Assembly: GCA_048940645.1 (NCBI GenBank)
Contig: JBHLOI010000037.1
Span: forward strand, 1 to 34,609
DNA length: 34,609 bases
Reading direction: 5' to 3'
Source: Promethearchaeota archaeon
GTDB taxonomy: Archaea; Asgardarchaeota; Lokiarchaeia; Sigyniarchaeales; SOKP01
Within the stretch, counting starts at the first letter, position 1, and each line of letters begins with the position of its first letter. The position numbers were made by a program, and so were the translations under genes. The notes under the pieces are model-generated. The model saw only the letters and a list, made by a program, of their open reading frames with translations. It ran no database searches and was not told the origin of the DNA. Shown here one piece after another: positions 1-10,188 of the stretch.

Positions 1-715
1 TTCCCCTTTCAACTATACCCTCATAATGATATGTTGTGCCATTTTCTTTTAAAAGAGTCAGTGCTTCTTTAATATATCCTTTTGGAGCGGGAAAGACCCC
101 CATAATAACCCTATCTGCTTTTATTCCGGACTTACTTAATTTTATTACTTCTTCCTTACAATCACCATGAATTGGAATGATAAGCTCTTCAAGATGATTA
201 AGTTTGACGTTTTTCTCTAAATAGTTATAAGATTCTATGTTTAATTCAATACTATAAATCTTAGCTGGTTTCGCGTGTCTAGCAATAGGTAATGAAAAAT
301 AACCAATACCAGCGAACATATCCACAATAATCTCTCCATCTCTGACTAAAGTCGCTAAATATTTTCGCTCATTAATATTTCCCTTACTAAATATTATTTT
401 AGTTATATCAAATCGATAAATTACGTCATGTTCTTTATGCTCAACTATAGGATTATCTTCTCCCGCAATCAATTCAATCTTTTCTGGTTTTCTAAAGGCT
501 CCAACTACTTTCCCTAAATTAAGGTAAACAGATCTGAAATTTGGGAAGATTTTTAAACACTTTTCCCCAATTAGGAATTTATTTTTGACTAATTTTGAAT
601 TGAGTTTTAAAACTATAACTGTTCCTAATATCTGAAATCCTCTTGGAAGCAATGAGAGTTCTTCTTCTGAAAGGGAATCTCGTAATTTTTCTTTTAATTG
701 CTCTTTAAATCCCAT
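1..715 (-). CDS. Met-10+/Trm5-like SAM-dependent tRNA-modifying enzyme, most like Taw2/TYW2 (wyosine aminocarboxypropyltransferase); runs off the left edge
   Basis: Not in the ORF track; translated by hand from ATG at 715: MGFKEQLKEKLRDSLSEEELSLLPRGFQILG...HKEHDVIYRFDITKIIFSKGNINERKYL...IVDMFAGIGYFSLP...YSIELN...ADRVIMG...YHYE. Contains the SAM-binding DMFAGIGYF motif and the Taw2-like FSxGNxxER motif. Confidence 0.88.
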   Translation of the reverse strand, partial: MGFKEQLKEKLRDSLSEEELSLLPRGFQILGTVIVLKLNSKLVKNKFLIGEKCLKIFPNFRSVYLNLGKVVGAFRKPEKIELIAGEDNPIVEHKEHDVIYRFDITKIIFSKGNINERKYLATLVRDGEIIVDMFAGIGYFSLPIARHAKPAKIYSIELNIESYNYLEKNVKLNHLEELIIPIHGDCKEEVIKLSKSGIKADRVIMGVFPAPKGYIKEALTLLKENGTTYHYEGIVERG

Positions 716-844
716 TTGTAGCCATTATTGTAAATTAAATCGTATGCCTTAATTTATCAAGCTTAATTATTATATAGTATTAATCTCTAAAATATTATAA
801 TAATTGAAAAGTTAAATATAATAAATTGAAAAATGTGATATTAA

Positions 845-2716
845 ATGCCAAGCTTAGAAGATCCAGAATTTTTAGTTAATGAAAATAAGGTGTGGTTTAC
901 TCCCTCAGAGGAAGGCGGTTATTGGCCGGATGGAGTTCCAAAACAACTAAAAAATGTTGAAGGTGTTGATGTAACGTCATTATGGCAAGGTTTCATAAAT
1001 ATGGCTAATTCTTATGATACTTGGGATAATGATATCTGTGTTTTTGTATATGGACCTTACATCGAAAGAGTTAAATTGCGGACATTATTTGATTATGCCA
1101 AACGATTTGGAACCTTTCTTTACGAGACATTGGAAATAAGAAAGGGTGATGTTGTAGCAATTGATTTACCAAACTCAATCAACTTCGTTGTAGCCTATAT
1201 GGGATGTCAATATATAGGAGCTATAGTACAAGGTATAAATCCCACTTATAAACCAATGGAACTCTTACATTCATTAACAATGACTAAAGCAAAAGTATTT
1301 GTGATGATGGATATGCTCTATATAGCGGGTCCCAAGGATATACTTCCAAAAACCAGTATAAAATACGTCATCCCCTCAAATTTCGTTGATTTCCTAACTG
1401 CTGATGAGGCAACAATCGAGAAATTAGGAATTCCTAATGCTAAAGATAAAATACCGAATGAAACAGAGCATTATAAAGTATATTGGATGGAAAAAATCAT
1501 TAAAGAAACAAAACCTGTCGAAATCGAGACAATAATCGATCCTTGGACCGATCCAGCAGTTTATCTAATGACTGGTGGAACAACAGGTTTACCAAAAGTA
1601 GCAATGTTAAGTCATGCAAATCTGTATACAAATCTTTATATGATAAAACCTTGGGTAAATTTAGAGCCTGGAATGATTACCATTGGTAGTATTCCTTTTT
1701 TCCATAGTTTTGGTATGACTTCAGTTATGAATGGTGCTTTAACTTTGGGTATGCAGATGTTACTTTTCCCAAAGCCACCTTCAGATGATGTATTATGCGA
1801 GACTATTAATAAATTAGATGCTCCACAGGGAGTAATATATGTGGGAGTTGAGATGTTATTTAAACGATTAACTGATTTTGTAAAGAGTATGGGAGTTGAA
1901 GAATTTAAGAAAAAATATGATTTGTGGAAAAAATTAAGTTATGCTGTTCAAGGTGCAGGTCCTTTACACGATTATGTAAGGGTACCATTTGAAGAAATCT
2001 TTTGTCAAATAAGATCAGGTTATGGATTAACAGAAACTTCTCCAGTAGTAAGTGTTGCTCCATTTTGGGGTCCAACGAAAACAGGAAAATTAGGATTACC
2101 TCTACCCGGAGATGATTGGGCAATATTTGATCCTGAAAATTTCGAAGCAGGACCAATTTGTGATGGCACCAAGGAAAGAGGAAATTTCGGAATAGATTAT
2201 ACTGGAGAAATCTGTGTTTCTGGCCCTAACATAATGCTAGGTTATTTAGGAGTACAAAAAGAGCAAGAAGATAATTTAAAGTCATGGGGAGGAAAAACTT
2301 GGCTTCTAACGGGAGATATTGGTTTTATGGATGAGCACGGATGGATTGAAATTCGAGATCGTAAGAAATCTTTAATAAAAGTTTCGGGACACTCGGTATA
2401 TCCGAAAGAGGTAGAGGAACTGATGGGGCATCACAAAATGATTGATGAGGTTGCTGTAGCAGGTATCCCCGATGAAGAAAGAGGCGAAGCGGTCAAGGCA
2501 TGGGTTTCACTTAAGAAAGGATATAGAGTAGAGAAGGACATAACTAGTGAAGATTTAAAGGCATGGTGTTTAGAAAATATGGCTAAATGGAAATCTCCCC
2601 AATACATCGAGTTTATTCGTAAAATGCCCGTAAGCATGACCGGAAAGGTCCAACGTAGGGAATTACAAGAAAAAGATTTAGATAAACTTGAGAAAGGAAA
2701 AGAAATTAAAGGCTAA
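845..2716 (+). CDS. Long-chain acyl-CoA synthetase (AMP-forming ligase)
   Basis: Adenylate-forming motifs LMTGGTTGLPK, GYGLTETSP, LLTGDIG, DRKKSLIKVSG and C-terminal P...TGKV. GTGAT RBS lies 5 nt upstream of the ATG. Confidence 0.95.
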   Translation: MPSLEDPEFLVNENKVWFTPSEEGGYWPDGVPKQLKNVEGVDVTSLWQGFINMANSYDTWDNDICVFVYGPYIERVKLRTLFDYAKRFGTFLYETLEIRKGDVVAIDLPNSINFVVAYMGCQYIGAIVQGINPTYKPMELLHSLTMTKAKVFVMMDMLYIAGPKDILPKTSIKYVIPSNFVDFLTADEATIEKLGIPNAKDKIPNETEHYKVYWMEKIIKETKPVEIETIIDPWTDPAVYLMTGGTTGLPKVAMLSHANLYTNLYMIKPWVNLEPGMITIGSIPFFHSFGMTSVMNGALTLGMQMLLFPKPPSDDVLCETINKLDAPQGVIYVGVEMLFKRLTDFVKSMGVEEFKKKYDLWKKLSYAVQGAGPLHDYVRVPFEEIFCQIRSGYGLTETSPVVSVAPFWGPTKTGKLGLPLPGDDWAIFDPENFEAGPICDGTKERGNFGIDYTGEICVSGPNIMLGYLGVQKEQEDNLKSWGGKTWLLTGDIGFMDEHGWIEIRDRKKSLIKVSGHSVYPKEVEELMGHHKMIDEVAVAGIPDEERGEAVKAWVSLKKGYRVEKDITSEDLKAWCLENMAKWKSPQYIEFIRKMPVSMTGKVQRRELQEKDLDKLEKGKEIKG

Positions 2717-2879
2717 CTCCCTAATTTTTTAATTCAATTATTTTTTTTGACATAATTTTATATATAATGACTTTTACTATAGTTATGCATTATAGTTAGG
2801 GTTTTAGTTGAGATAGCATTTTTTTTGACATTTTTAAAATTAGAATATATTTTCATTAATATAAGAAATTGGGAAAAAG

Positions 2880-3740
2880 ATGGAACAGGCATTTAAGTTA
2901 TTGAAGATTGCATGCCCTTCCTGTGGTATGGCAAAGGAATTAAAAATTCCGGATTCTCTCTTTTCTGAAAAAAAAATAGGTTTTATTAAGATTCAAGTAC
3001 CTCAAGGAGCAGTATGTACCGATCATATTTTTATAGTTCTAACAGATCCAAAAGGTAAAGTTTTAGGATATGAGACCTTTGATGTAGCTATTTCAAAAGA
3101 AAAAGAGCAATTTGAGGATATTAAAGAGGAACAATCAACAGGCCCTTCCTTAAAAGATTTAATAAAAACATTTGGTTTTAATTGCATTGCAGGTTTAATT
3201 CATGCTAAGTTATTTGGTTATTCTTCTTTTATGGTTAGCAGTTTGGAATTGAATACAGATATTAGTGAATTAAAGAATACAATAGAGAGTATAATTCCTA
3301 AGCCTTATAGAAATTCTTCTACTATAGATAAAATTGAGTACGATGGTGAGACTTTTCCTAGTCCGGGTTATTATTATTCAATCCTTACAAGTAGAAGGAA
3401 TAATGTTTTTTTAATTAATCCCTATAAGCATATAATACAATCACCTTGGGAAATAGATATTGAATATGAACAAATGATTATTAACCACGCACTAAATAGG
3501 GATGAAAATGGGATTCAATTTAAAGTATTAACGGAATTTTTACAAAGACTCTTAAAGGATATCGATGAAGCCAAATTTATCCTTGAAAATTGCAAAAAGA
3601 TTTCAGAAAAGGATTTAATTAAAGAGCTGAATGCGAGGTTAACTCTTTCTTCAATCAATAAATCACGAATGAGATTAATTAAAGAATTTATTAAACGAAG
3701 AATCTCACCTGACTTAGCAGCAAAAATAAAAAAAAAATAA
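2880..3740 (+). CDS. Hypothetical protein with N-terminal Zn-binding module (CPSC...CTDH)
   Basis: 286-aa ORF with CxxC plus CxxH ligands followed by a GYE motif, and a helical C-terminus. Confidence 0.75.
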   Translation: MEQAFKLLKIACPSCGMAKELKIPDSLFSEKKIGFIKIQVPQGAVCTDHIFIVLTDPKGKVLGYETFDVAISKEKEQFEDIKEEQSTGPSLKDLIKTFGFNCIAGLIHAKLFGYSSFMVSSLELNTDISELKNTIESIIPKPYRNSSTIDKIEYDGETFPSPGYYYSILTSRRNNVFLINPYKHIIQSPWEIDIEYEQMIINHALNRDENGIQFKVLTEFLQRLLKDIDEAKFILENCKKISEKDLIKELNARLTLSSINKSRMRLIKEFIKRRISPDLAAKIKKK

Positions 3741-3767
3741 AAAGGAATTCTTGGTACTTTCTCTTCT

Positions 3768-5393
3768 TTAAGAATTTAGTCGTTTATATGTTTTTCCCAT
3801 GATTTTATATATATTTAAATATTCCTTGAATAGTTTATCATAAATGGCTCTATTTTCTGGATTTGGTTCAAATATATTTGAAAATTGGATATGTTTTTGG
3901 ATATGATCCCACTCGAGATATCCGAGTCCAACTGAGGCTATAAAAGCAGCTCCACGAGCAGTTGCTTGGATGGGGTTTCTAACTTGCTTTGTTCTCCTAT
4001 TTAAAACATCTGCAAATATTTGGCACCAAACATTACTACTTGCACCACCACCAATTAAATTTAGTTCTGGAATAACTAGATCTTCTTTTGAGATGCTAAT
4101 CCCTCCTTTTTTTTTCTGCTTACGTACAAATTTTTCAACATACGTAAAAAGCCATTTAATATTATATGCTACACCCTCAAAAATTGCTCTAATAAGGTGC
4201 TCTCTTGACATTTCCAAAGAAATATTATATAAACCGCCTCTAACTGTGTGATCATCTGCAGGAGTTCTCTCTCCTATAAGCCATGGGGTAAAAATAAGGT
4301 TATTTGCTCCTGGAGGTGTTTTTTCTACAATTCTATCAAAGATTTTATAGACATCGGGAACAGCCTCTTCCCTTAAAAGTTCATCTTTATGATAAAGGAT
4401 TTTATCTCGTAGAAATGATAATGTGCCTCCCGCTATTTCTTGTTCATTAATTAACATATATCTTCCTGGAATTCCTGAAGCTATTGCTCCCATATTATGA
4501 AAAATGTCTGTCTTTTTATAAGGAACATGACAAATCATCCAATCACTTGTGCCTATATACACATGAGTTTCATAATCTCGAACAGCACCTGAACCAATCG
4601 CAGCAGAAGGAACATCTGGAGCCCCAGCAATTACTTTTGTAGTTTTTTCTAATCCTAATTCGTCAGCTACCTCTTTCTTTACTGGACCTAAAATATCAGT
4701 AGAATTTACCAACTCAGAAGGAAATTTATCCATATCGATTTTCATCATTTTGATTAGTTTTTTAGAATACCTGATATTATGAATATCTCTTATATCAGTT
4801 AACCAATGAGTACCTATTGTCGTATAGGATGAAGCATATTTTCCAGTTAATTTTAAATTGATATAATCTTGGGGTTCTAGAAAAATATGAGTTTTATTAT
4901 AAATATCTGGAAGCTCATTTTTAAGCCATAATATATGTGCGACAGGATCCTTACCACTTAAAGTTGGAGCTCCGCCAGTTCGTTTAACAAATTTTAAAGC
5001 TTTAACAATATTCAATCCGTCAAACTGGATCAAACCTTTATAAAACTTTTTGATATATGGAGCCCCACGAGTATCCATCCAGATAATTGCATTCATTAGA
5101 TGGGTTCCATCTTGGTCTAAAGGTACTGTACCACTCCATTGGCTTGTATTACAAACACCAACAATATCTTCTACAGGGACACATCCAGTATCAATCACTT
5201 GTTTTGCTGTCTTTAATATAGCATTCCACCAGTCATCTGGATTTTGTTCTACGCCTCCTCCTTTTTCTACATATAAGGGAACTTCTTGAAATGCCCATTC
5301 AAGCACATCTCCGTGAGTAGATACTATTGCAGATTTGGGTCCTCCAGTCCCAAGATCTATGGCAAGTATATATTTTTTTTCTGTAATCGTCAT
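3768..5393 (-). CDS. FGGY-family carbohydrate kinase (xylulokinase-like)
   Basis: Motifs LAIDLGTGGPK, IIWMDTR, YIGTS, FTPWLIGERTP, RAIFEGVAY and GGGASSNVWCQIFADVL. Confidence 0.93.
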   Translation of the reverse strand: MTITEKKYILAIDLGTGGPKSAIVSTHGDVLEWAFQEVPLYVEKGGGVEQNPDDWWNAILKTAKQVIDTGCVPVEDIVGVCNTSQWSGTVPLDQDGTHLMNAIIWMDTRGAPYIKKFYKGLIQFDGLNIVKALKFVKRTGGAPTLSGKDPVAHILWLKNELPDIYNKTHIFLEPQDYINLKLTGKYASSYTTIGTHWLTDIRDIHNIRYSKKLIKMMKIDMDKFPSELVNSTDILGPVKKEVADELGLEKTTKVIAGAPDVPSAAIGSGAVRDYETHVYIGTSDWMICHVPYKKTDIFHNMGAIASGIPGRYMLINEQEIAGGTLSFLRDKILYHKDELLREEAVPDVYKIFDRIVEKTPPGANNLIFTPWLIGERTPADDHTVRGGLYNISLEMSREHLIRAIFEGVAYNIKWLFTYVEKFVRKQKKKGGISISKEDLVIPELNLIGGGASSNVWCQIFADVLNRRTKQVRNPIQATARGAAFIASVGLGYLEWDHIQKHIQFSNIFEPNPENRAIYDKLFKEYLNIYKIMGKTYKRLNS

Positions 5394-5538
5394 AATTAAA
5401 TAAAATGTTGTAAAACTAAATAAAGGTTCTATTACCAGAATTGCTTCTCAATTCCATAAAAAATAAAGTTATTTTTTGATGTTATTTTTTAATTATCAAT
5501 CAATTAAAATTATCTAAATAACTGGTTCTTGTATAAAA

Positions 5539-6948
5539 ATGTATAGTATGAAATATGAAGAAAAAATCGCCAGAATTGAAAATATTGTAAACCAACCACT
5601 GAGAAAATTTAAACCAGAAGAATTAAGAGGCATCGTTGAAAGGTATGAAAATAACCATCTAAAATCAAAGCAAGCCTTCGAAAGAGCTCGCAAAGTTATT
5701 CCAGGGGGGGTTGAGCACAATCTAGCCTTTAATTTTCCTTTTCCATTGACTAGTAAACGTGTATATGATTGTTATATGGAAACCATTGATAATGTTATAT
5801 TATTGGACTATTTAATGTGTGGTGGACCTATAATATTAGGTCATAATTATAAACCTTTGACAGAAAAAATTCTAGAAGTTATTAAAGAATCTGCTCCATG
5901 CCATGGTATAACAAGTGAGTACGAGTATCTAGCAGCAGAACAGCTTCAAAAACATTTTCCTTCATGTGAAAATATTAGGTGGTTACAAACTGGGACTGAA
6001 ACAGATATGCTAGCTATTCGAGTAGCTCGTGTTTTCACAGGAAAAAAGCATGTTATAAAAGTAGGTGGAAGTTATCATGGATGGTCTGATCAGCTTGTTT
6101 ATGATATGCATATTCCAGGAACTAAAAGAATGGAATCTCATGGGATTCCTAAAGAAATATATAAATATATTGACTCAATTCCCCCAAATGATATTGAAGC
6201 CCTAAGAGATCTATTTAAGGAAAAGAAAAAAGTAGCAGCAGTACTTATAGAGCCAATGGGTGGAGAAAGTGGAGCAATCCCTATTCGACCCGAGTTTAAT
6301 AAAGAAGTAGAGGAAATTTGTCATCAAAATGATACACTCTTGATTAGTGATGAAGTTGTGTGCGCTTTTCGTCTACATATGGGAGGAGGTCAAGCTTATT
6401 TTAATTATACGCCAGATCTTTCTGTATTTGGCAAAATTGTAGGTCATGGATATCCTTCTGCAGCAGCATTAGGCGGTAGAGCTGACATTATGGCTACTGT
6501 AGCTGCTGGAGTGGGTGGGGGCGCTAAAAGAGCATATTGTGGTGGAACTTTAGCAGCGAATCCTTTAACTTGTGCTGCTGCCTATTGGGCAATAAAATAT
6601 GTAGAAGAAACTAATGCTACCGAGATTGCAGGTAAAGCAGCAAATAGACTCTCAACTGGATTGAATGAAGTATTTGAAAAGTATAATTTACCCTGGTTTT
6701 CTTACAATTATGGTGGCACAGTGCATTTCCACTCCTCGTGTGTATTTGGTTTGGATATTACTGATCATCAACAAGGTCCTCAGATAAAACATCGTAAAGA
6801 ATTTATGGAACATATGGGTGCTGCTTTAGTTGATGAAGAAATCATTAGTGTTGCTGGAAGTCGATTTTATACTTGTATGCTTCATAGCGATGAAATTATC
6901 GATAATACGATAAAAAAGATAGAAAATATCTGCCAAAAGATTGAATAA
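5539..6948 (+). CDS. Class III PLP-dependent aminotransferase (glutamate-1-semialdehyde aminomutase-like)
   Basis: Motifs IPGGV, TGTE, GSYHG, LISDEVV, DLSVFGK (PLP Lys) and GGTLAANP. Confidence 0.92.
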   Translation: MYSMKYEEKIARIENIVNQPLRKFKPEELRGIVERYENNHLKSKQAFERARKVIPGGVEHNLAFNFPFPLTSKRVYDCYMETIDNVILLDYLMCGGPIILGHNYKPLTEKILEVIKESAPCHGITSEYEYLAAEQLQKHFPSCENIRWLQTGTETDMLAIRVARVFTGKKHVIKVGGSYHGWSDQLVYDMHIPGTKRMESHGIPKEIYKYIDSIPPNDIEALRDLFKEKKKVAAVLIEPMGGESGAIPIRPEFNKEVEEICHQNDTLLISDEVVCAFRLHMGGGQAYFNYTPDLSVFGKIVGHGYPSAAALGGRADIMATVAAGVGGGAKRAYCGGTLAANPLTCAAAYWAIKYVEETNATEIAGKAANRLSTGLNEVFEKYNLPWFSYNYGGTVHFHSSCVFGLDITDHQQGPQIKHRKEFMEHMGAALVDEEIISVAGSRFYTCMLHSDEIIDNTIKKIENICQKIE

Positions 6949-7076
6949 CTCTTTATAATATTATTTTAATCTAATTTTATGTTTATTTTGAGCTTCTAAT
7001 TAATTAAGTAAAGTGATTTTGCAAATTTAGATTTAATAAATCAAGTATAATTATTTATATTTCCTTGAATTAATTC

Positions 7077-8444
7077 TTTTAAAAAATTTTATTTTAGAAA
7101 TCACTTATGCTTCATGAAAAATAATAAATTAAGCACATATTTTTTGGCTAAAAATATTTCCTATGAAATTCTTATTGAAGAACAGCTTCAACTTAAAAGT
7201 GAAGCTACACGGCGGGTATTAGAAAGATTTAGCAAAAAAAAGAGTTCACTGAAACTAAAATTTGTGTCATATAAAATTATAAATTCCATAATTTTTGGAA
7301 TATTACCGATTTTCCCATTAATAGCTTATTTGGAACTCACCAACTTTTTTGTAAGTGAATCAGTACATATTCAAATTGCTTTATTTACAAAAAGTTTGAT
7401 TTTCCAAATATTTTTTACTTTACAATTTTTAGACTTCTTTTTAATGGGCTTGTTCAGTTTAATAAATATTATGTCTGGAGAGATTTTTGAATGGTTTAAA
7501 ACACTGCCTTTACCCAGAAATAAATTGAAAAAATTAGCTTTTTTTACTATTATCCATAACTTTGATTTACCAATTCTGGCAAATATATTTGTATTTCCTC
7601 TAATAATGCTCTCCGCTACTCAAAATATAGTTATCTCTCTTATTTCACTTGGAACATCACTTCTGAATACTGTTTTTTCGATTACGCTATTAATAATTCT
7701 AGGGGAAAAAATCGCTAAACGGATAAAGATACAGAATATAAAGGCTAAAAAATCGCTCTTATTTCAATTATTAAATACTTTGAGTTATGCTTTAATTATA
7801 TTTGGGAGTATCTTTATAATCCAGATGACTTTAAGTTCATTAATCAACATTATGATGACTTTATTGAATTTATATTATTCTCCGCTTTATAACCTCATTT
7901 TAAGCTTAATACCATTTCCTTTTAATCCAAGCTATTTAATTTCATTATTTTCAAGCACATCTCCTATACCAGTTCAATTATGGCTTAATAGCTTATTTGG
8001 TTTAGCGTTATATTTAATTTTGATTTATTTCCTTTACCGTAAAGCTCTGAAATCTCTTAACAATATCATATCATTAAAATACAAATTTAGTAAAAACAAA
8101 TTGTTTGATAAAATTGATAAACTAAAAATTCGTATAAGGTCTGTAATTAAGGCTTTTATTCGAAAAGATTTATTAACGATCTCACGAAATTTACAAACAT
8201 TTATGGCGATCATCATGCCTGTAATTATGTCATTTGTGTTTATGACTTTTTTCAATATCAGTTTCATACGGGGTGAAGATTTACTAAGTGGAGATTTATA
8301 TTATACTTGGATTACCTTATTAGGATTAAGCCCGGTTCTCTCTGCGATGATAGTTTATAACTTATTAAATATGGAGGCATCCGGGAAAACGATAATGGGA
8401 ACCCTCCCTATTGTAGTTCGTGATCATGCCAAGGCGAAATTAGT
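7077..8444 (+). repeat. Direct repeat copy A (~1.37 kb), apparently identical to 10189-11556
   Basis: Offset 3112 nt. The translations are identical through ...AKAKLV and the DNA matched wherever I compared it. Confidence 0.92.
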
Positions 8445-9942
8445 AATTATGATAGTAATTCAAATTTTTGCCACATTAACTCCAACTTTAGTATATATAT
8501 TTCACTATAGATTTGTAGAATTGTTTTTAATTGTTCTTACTACATTACCATTTGTTTTGAATTTTTTAATACTTACTCTCTTGTTAAGAGTTCATCTATT
8601 TGGAAAGAAAAAATATTTGTATGTTCTTGATGAAATGCGACCGGAAAATAAGATGAGTAAATGGATTTTAATTTTCTTTGTGGAATATTTCGTCTATTTC
8701 TTAATTATATTAATTTCAAATTATTTATATTATAAATTTACCTTCACAGAATCCCTCCTGATTTTATTTATCATATCATTGAGTTTTATGGCAGTTTTGA
8801 AAATATTTTTTGATAAATTTTTCCCAAAATTTAAAACCGTCTATGATATGAAAAAGGAGATTGAAAAAGTACCTTCAAAATACATTATCAAGCGCCTAAT
8901 TTTTACGATTGCTTTTGGAATATATTTCATTTTTTATTTCTTTTCTCTTCTAATCTATCAAAATTTTGAAATTTTAGTGATACTCTTCTTTATTGGAATT
9001 TTTTTAACCCTAACTAAAGTTGTATCAAAAAGAATCCAACAATCTGGTTTAAAAAAGAGAAGAAGATCTATAAAAAAAAAAGTAATAATACAATATTTTA
9101 TAAAATCATTTTTTAAACATTTTTTAATCTTTTTTGTATTAATTACCTTAATTTTCATTTTTGATAATCAAATTTATCCTTGGAGTTACTATGCAGCCCC
9201 TGAAACTGTCATCCTACAAATTTATGAGTGGAATGATCTTCCATTATGGCAAAGGTATTTTTCATATTTAAGAAACTTATTTACAGGTAATTGGGAATAT
9301 TCAATCTCTTATTTTGAGATAGTTAAAGAAAAGATTCTAGAACATGGGACGCTAACCTTAACAATATTAATCATTCCCATTTGTTTAAGATTATGGTATA
9401 GCTTTAAATTTGATCATTTACAAAATCGCAAAAAAAAATGGAAAAAAGTTATTAGGATTAGTTCCCTATTATATTATTCTATTCCGAGCTTTCTTGTAAT
9501 TTTACTTTTGCTCTACTTCTTTGGTTTTGATATTTATTCTCAATTGAATTATAGAATCCTTTTAGCAATTTTAATTTTATCTATATCTACTCTAAGTAGA
9601 GTAGCAATTAATATAAGAAGAAGTGAGCCTTATACTGATCATTTAACTGATCATGGTAATTCAAATTTAACCCAAACCAATAATACAAAATTAAAATCTT
9701 TAAATTCGTTAAATTCCATAAAGCCTTTAAATATACTTACTATTTCTGCCCTTATTGGAGAATTAATGATTATAGAAAAAATGTTATATCTAAGGGGCCT
9801 AGGTTACCTTTTTCTTGAAGCATTAGATTACAGTAGGTTTATTGAAATTACTACGATATTTTTTCTATTTATTATAATCATTATCTCTATAAGTTTCATC
9901 CAATCGCTTTTTAAATTATATCTTCAGATGAAGTTATCTTAA
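7114..9942 (+). CDS. Polytopic membrane protein, array copy 1: ABC-2-type permease-like N-terminus fused to a degenerate DppB/OppB-like domain
   Basis: Two internal halves with WFKTLPL and MGTLPI...AKAKL plus FIRKDLL motifs typical of ABC-2 permeases. C-terminal LPLWQRYFSYLRNLFTGNW and IIEKMLYLRGLGYLFLEAL resemble DppB. Confidence 0.75.
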   Translation: MKNNKLSTYFLAKNISYEILIEEQLQLKSEATRRVLERFSKKKSSLKLKFVSYKIINSIIFGILPIFPLIAYLELTNFFVSESVHIQIALFTKSLIFQIFFTLQFLDFFLMGLFSLINIMSGEIFEWFKTLPLPRNKLKKLAFFTIIHNFDLPILANIFVFPLIMLSATQNIVISLISLGTSLLNTVFSITLLIILGEKIAKRIKIQNIKAKKSLLFQLLNTLSYALIIFGSIFIIQMTLSSLINIMMTLLNLYYSPLYNLILSLIPFPFNPSYLISLFSSTSPIPVQLWLNSLFGLALYLILIYFLYRKALKSLNNIISLKYKFSKNKLFDKIDKLKIRIRSVIKAFIRKDLLTISRNLQTFMAIIMPVIMSFVFMTFFNISFIRGEDLLSGDLYYTWITLLGLSPVLSAMIVYNLLNMEASGKTIMGTLPIVVRDHAKAKLVIMIVIQIFATLTPTLVYIFHYRFVELFLIVLTTLPFVLNFLILTLLLRVHLFGKKKYLYVLDEMRPENKMSKWILIFFVEYFVYFLIILISNYLYYKFTFTESLLILFIISLSFMAVLKIFFDKFFPKFKTVYDMKKEIEKVPSKYIIKRLIFTIAFGIYFIFYFFSLLIYQNFEILVILFFIGIFLTLTKVVSKRIQQSGLKKRRRSIKKKVIIQYFIKSFFKHFLIFFVLITLIFIFDNQIYPWSYYAAPETVILQIYEWNDLPLWQRYFSYLRNLFTGNWEYSISYFEIVKEKILEHGTLTLTILIIPICLRLWYSFKFDHLQNRKKKWKKVIRISSLLYYSIPSFLVILLLLYFFGFDIYSQLNYRILLAILILSISTLSRVAINIRRSEPYTDHLTDHGNSNLTQTNNTKLKSLNSLNSIKPLNILTISALIGELMIIEKMLYLRGLGYLFLEALDYSRFIEITTIFFLFIIIIISISFIQSLFKLYLQMKLS

Positions 9943-10020
9943 AATATTGAAATTGATTAGTATTTTAGAAAAAGAATTATTCAAAACTTAATAATTCCAT
10001 CTCATCCGAATAATAATTAA

Positions 10021-10074
10021 AATGTCAACAAGAGAATAAAAAAGGTAGAAAGTATTTTCCAAAAGATTGAATAA
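10021..10074 (+). pseudogene. Relic of the 3' end of the upstream aminotransferase gene
   Basis: Translates NVNKRIKKVESIFQKIE*, compared with IDNTIKKIENICQKIE* ending at 6948. The following spacer also resembles 6949-7113. Confidence 0.8.
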
Positions 10075-10188
10075 TTATTTAATATCTTATTTTATTCTAA
10101 TTTTAAATTTATTTTAATTGTTTAATTAATTTAGCATAGTGATTTAACAAAATTAGTATAATTATTTATTTTTCCTTGAATTAATTCT

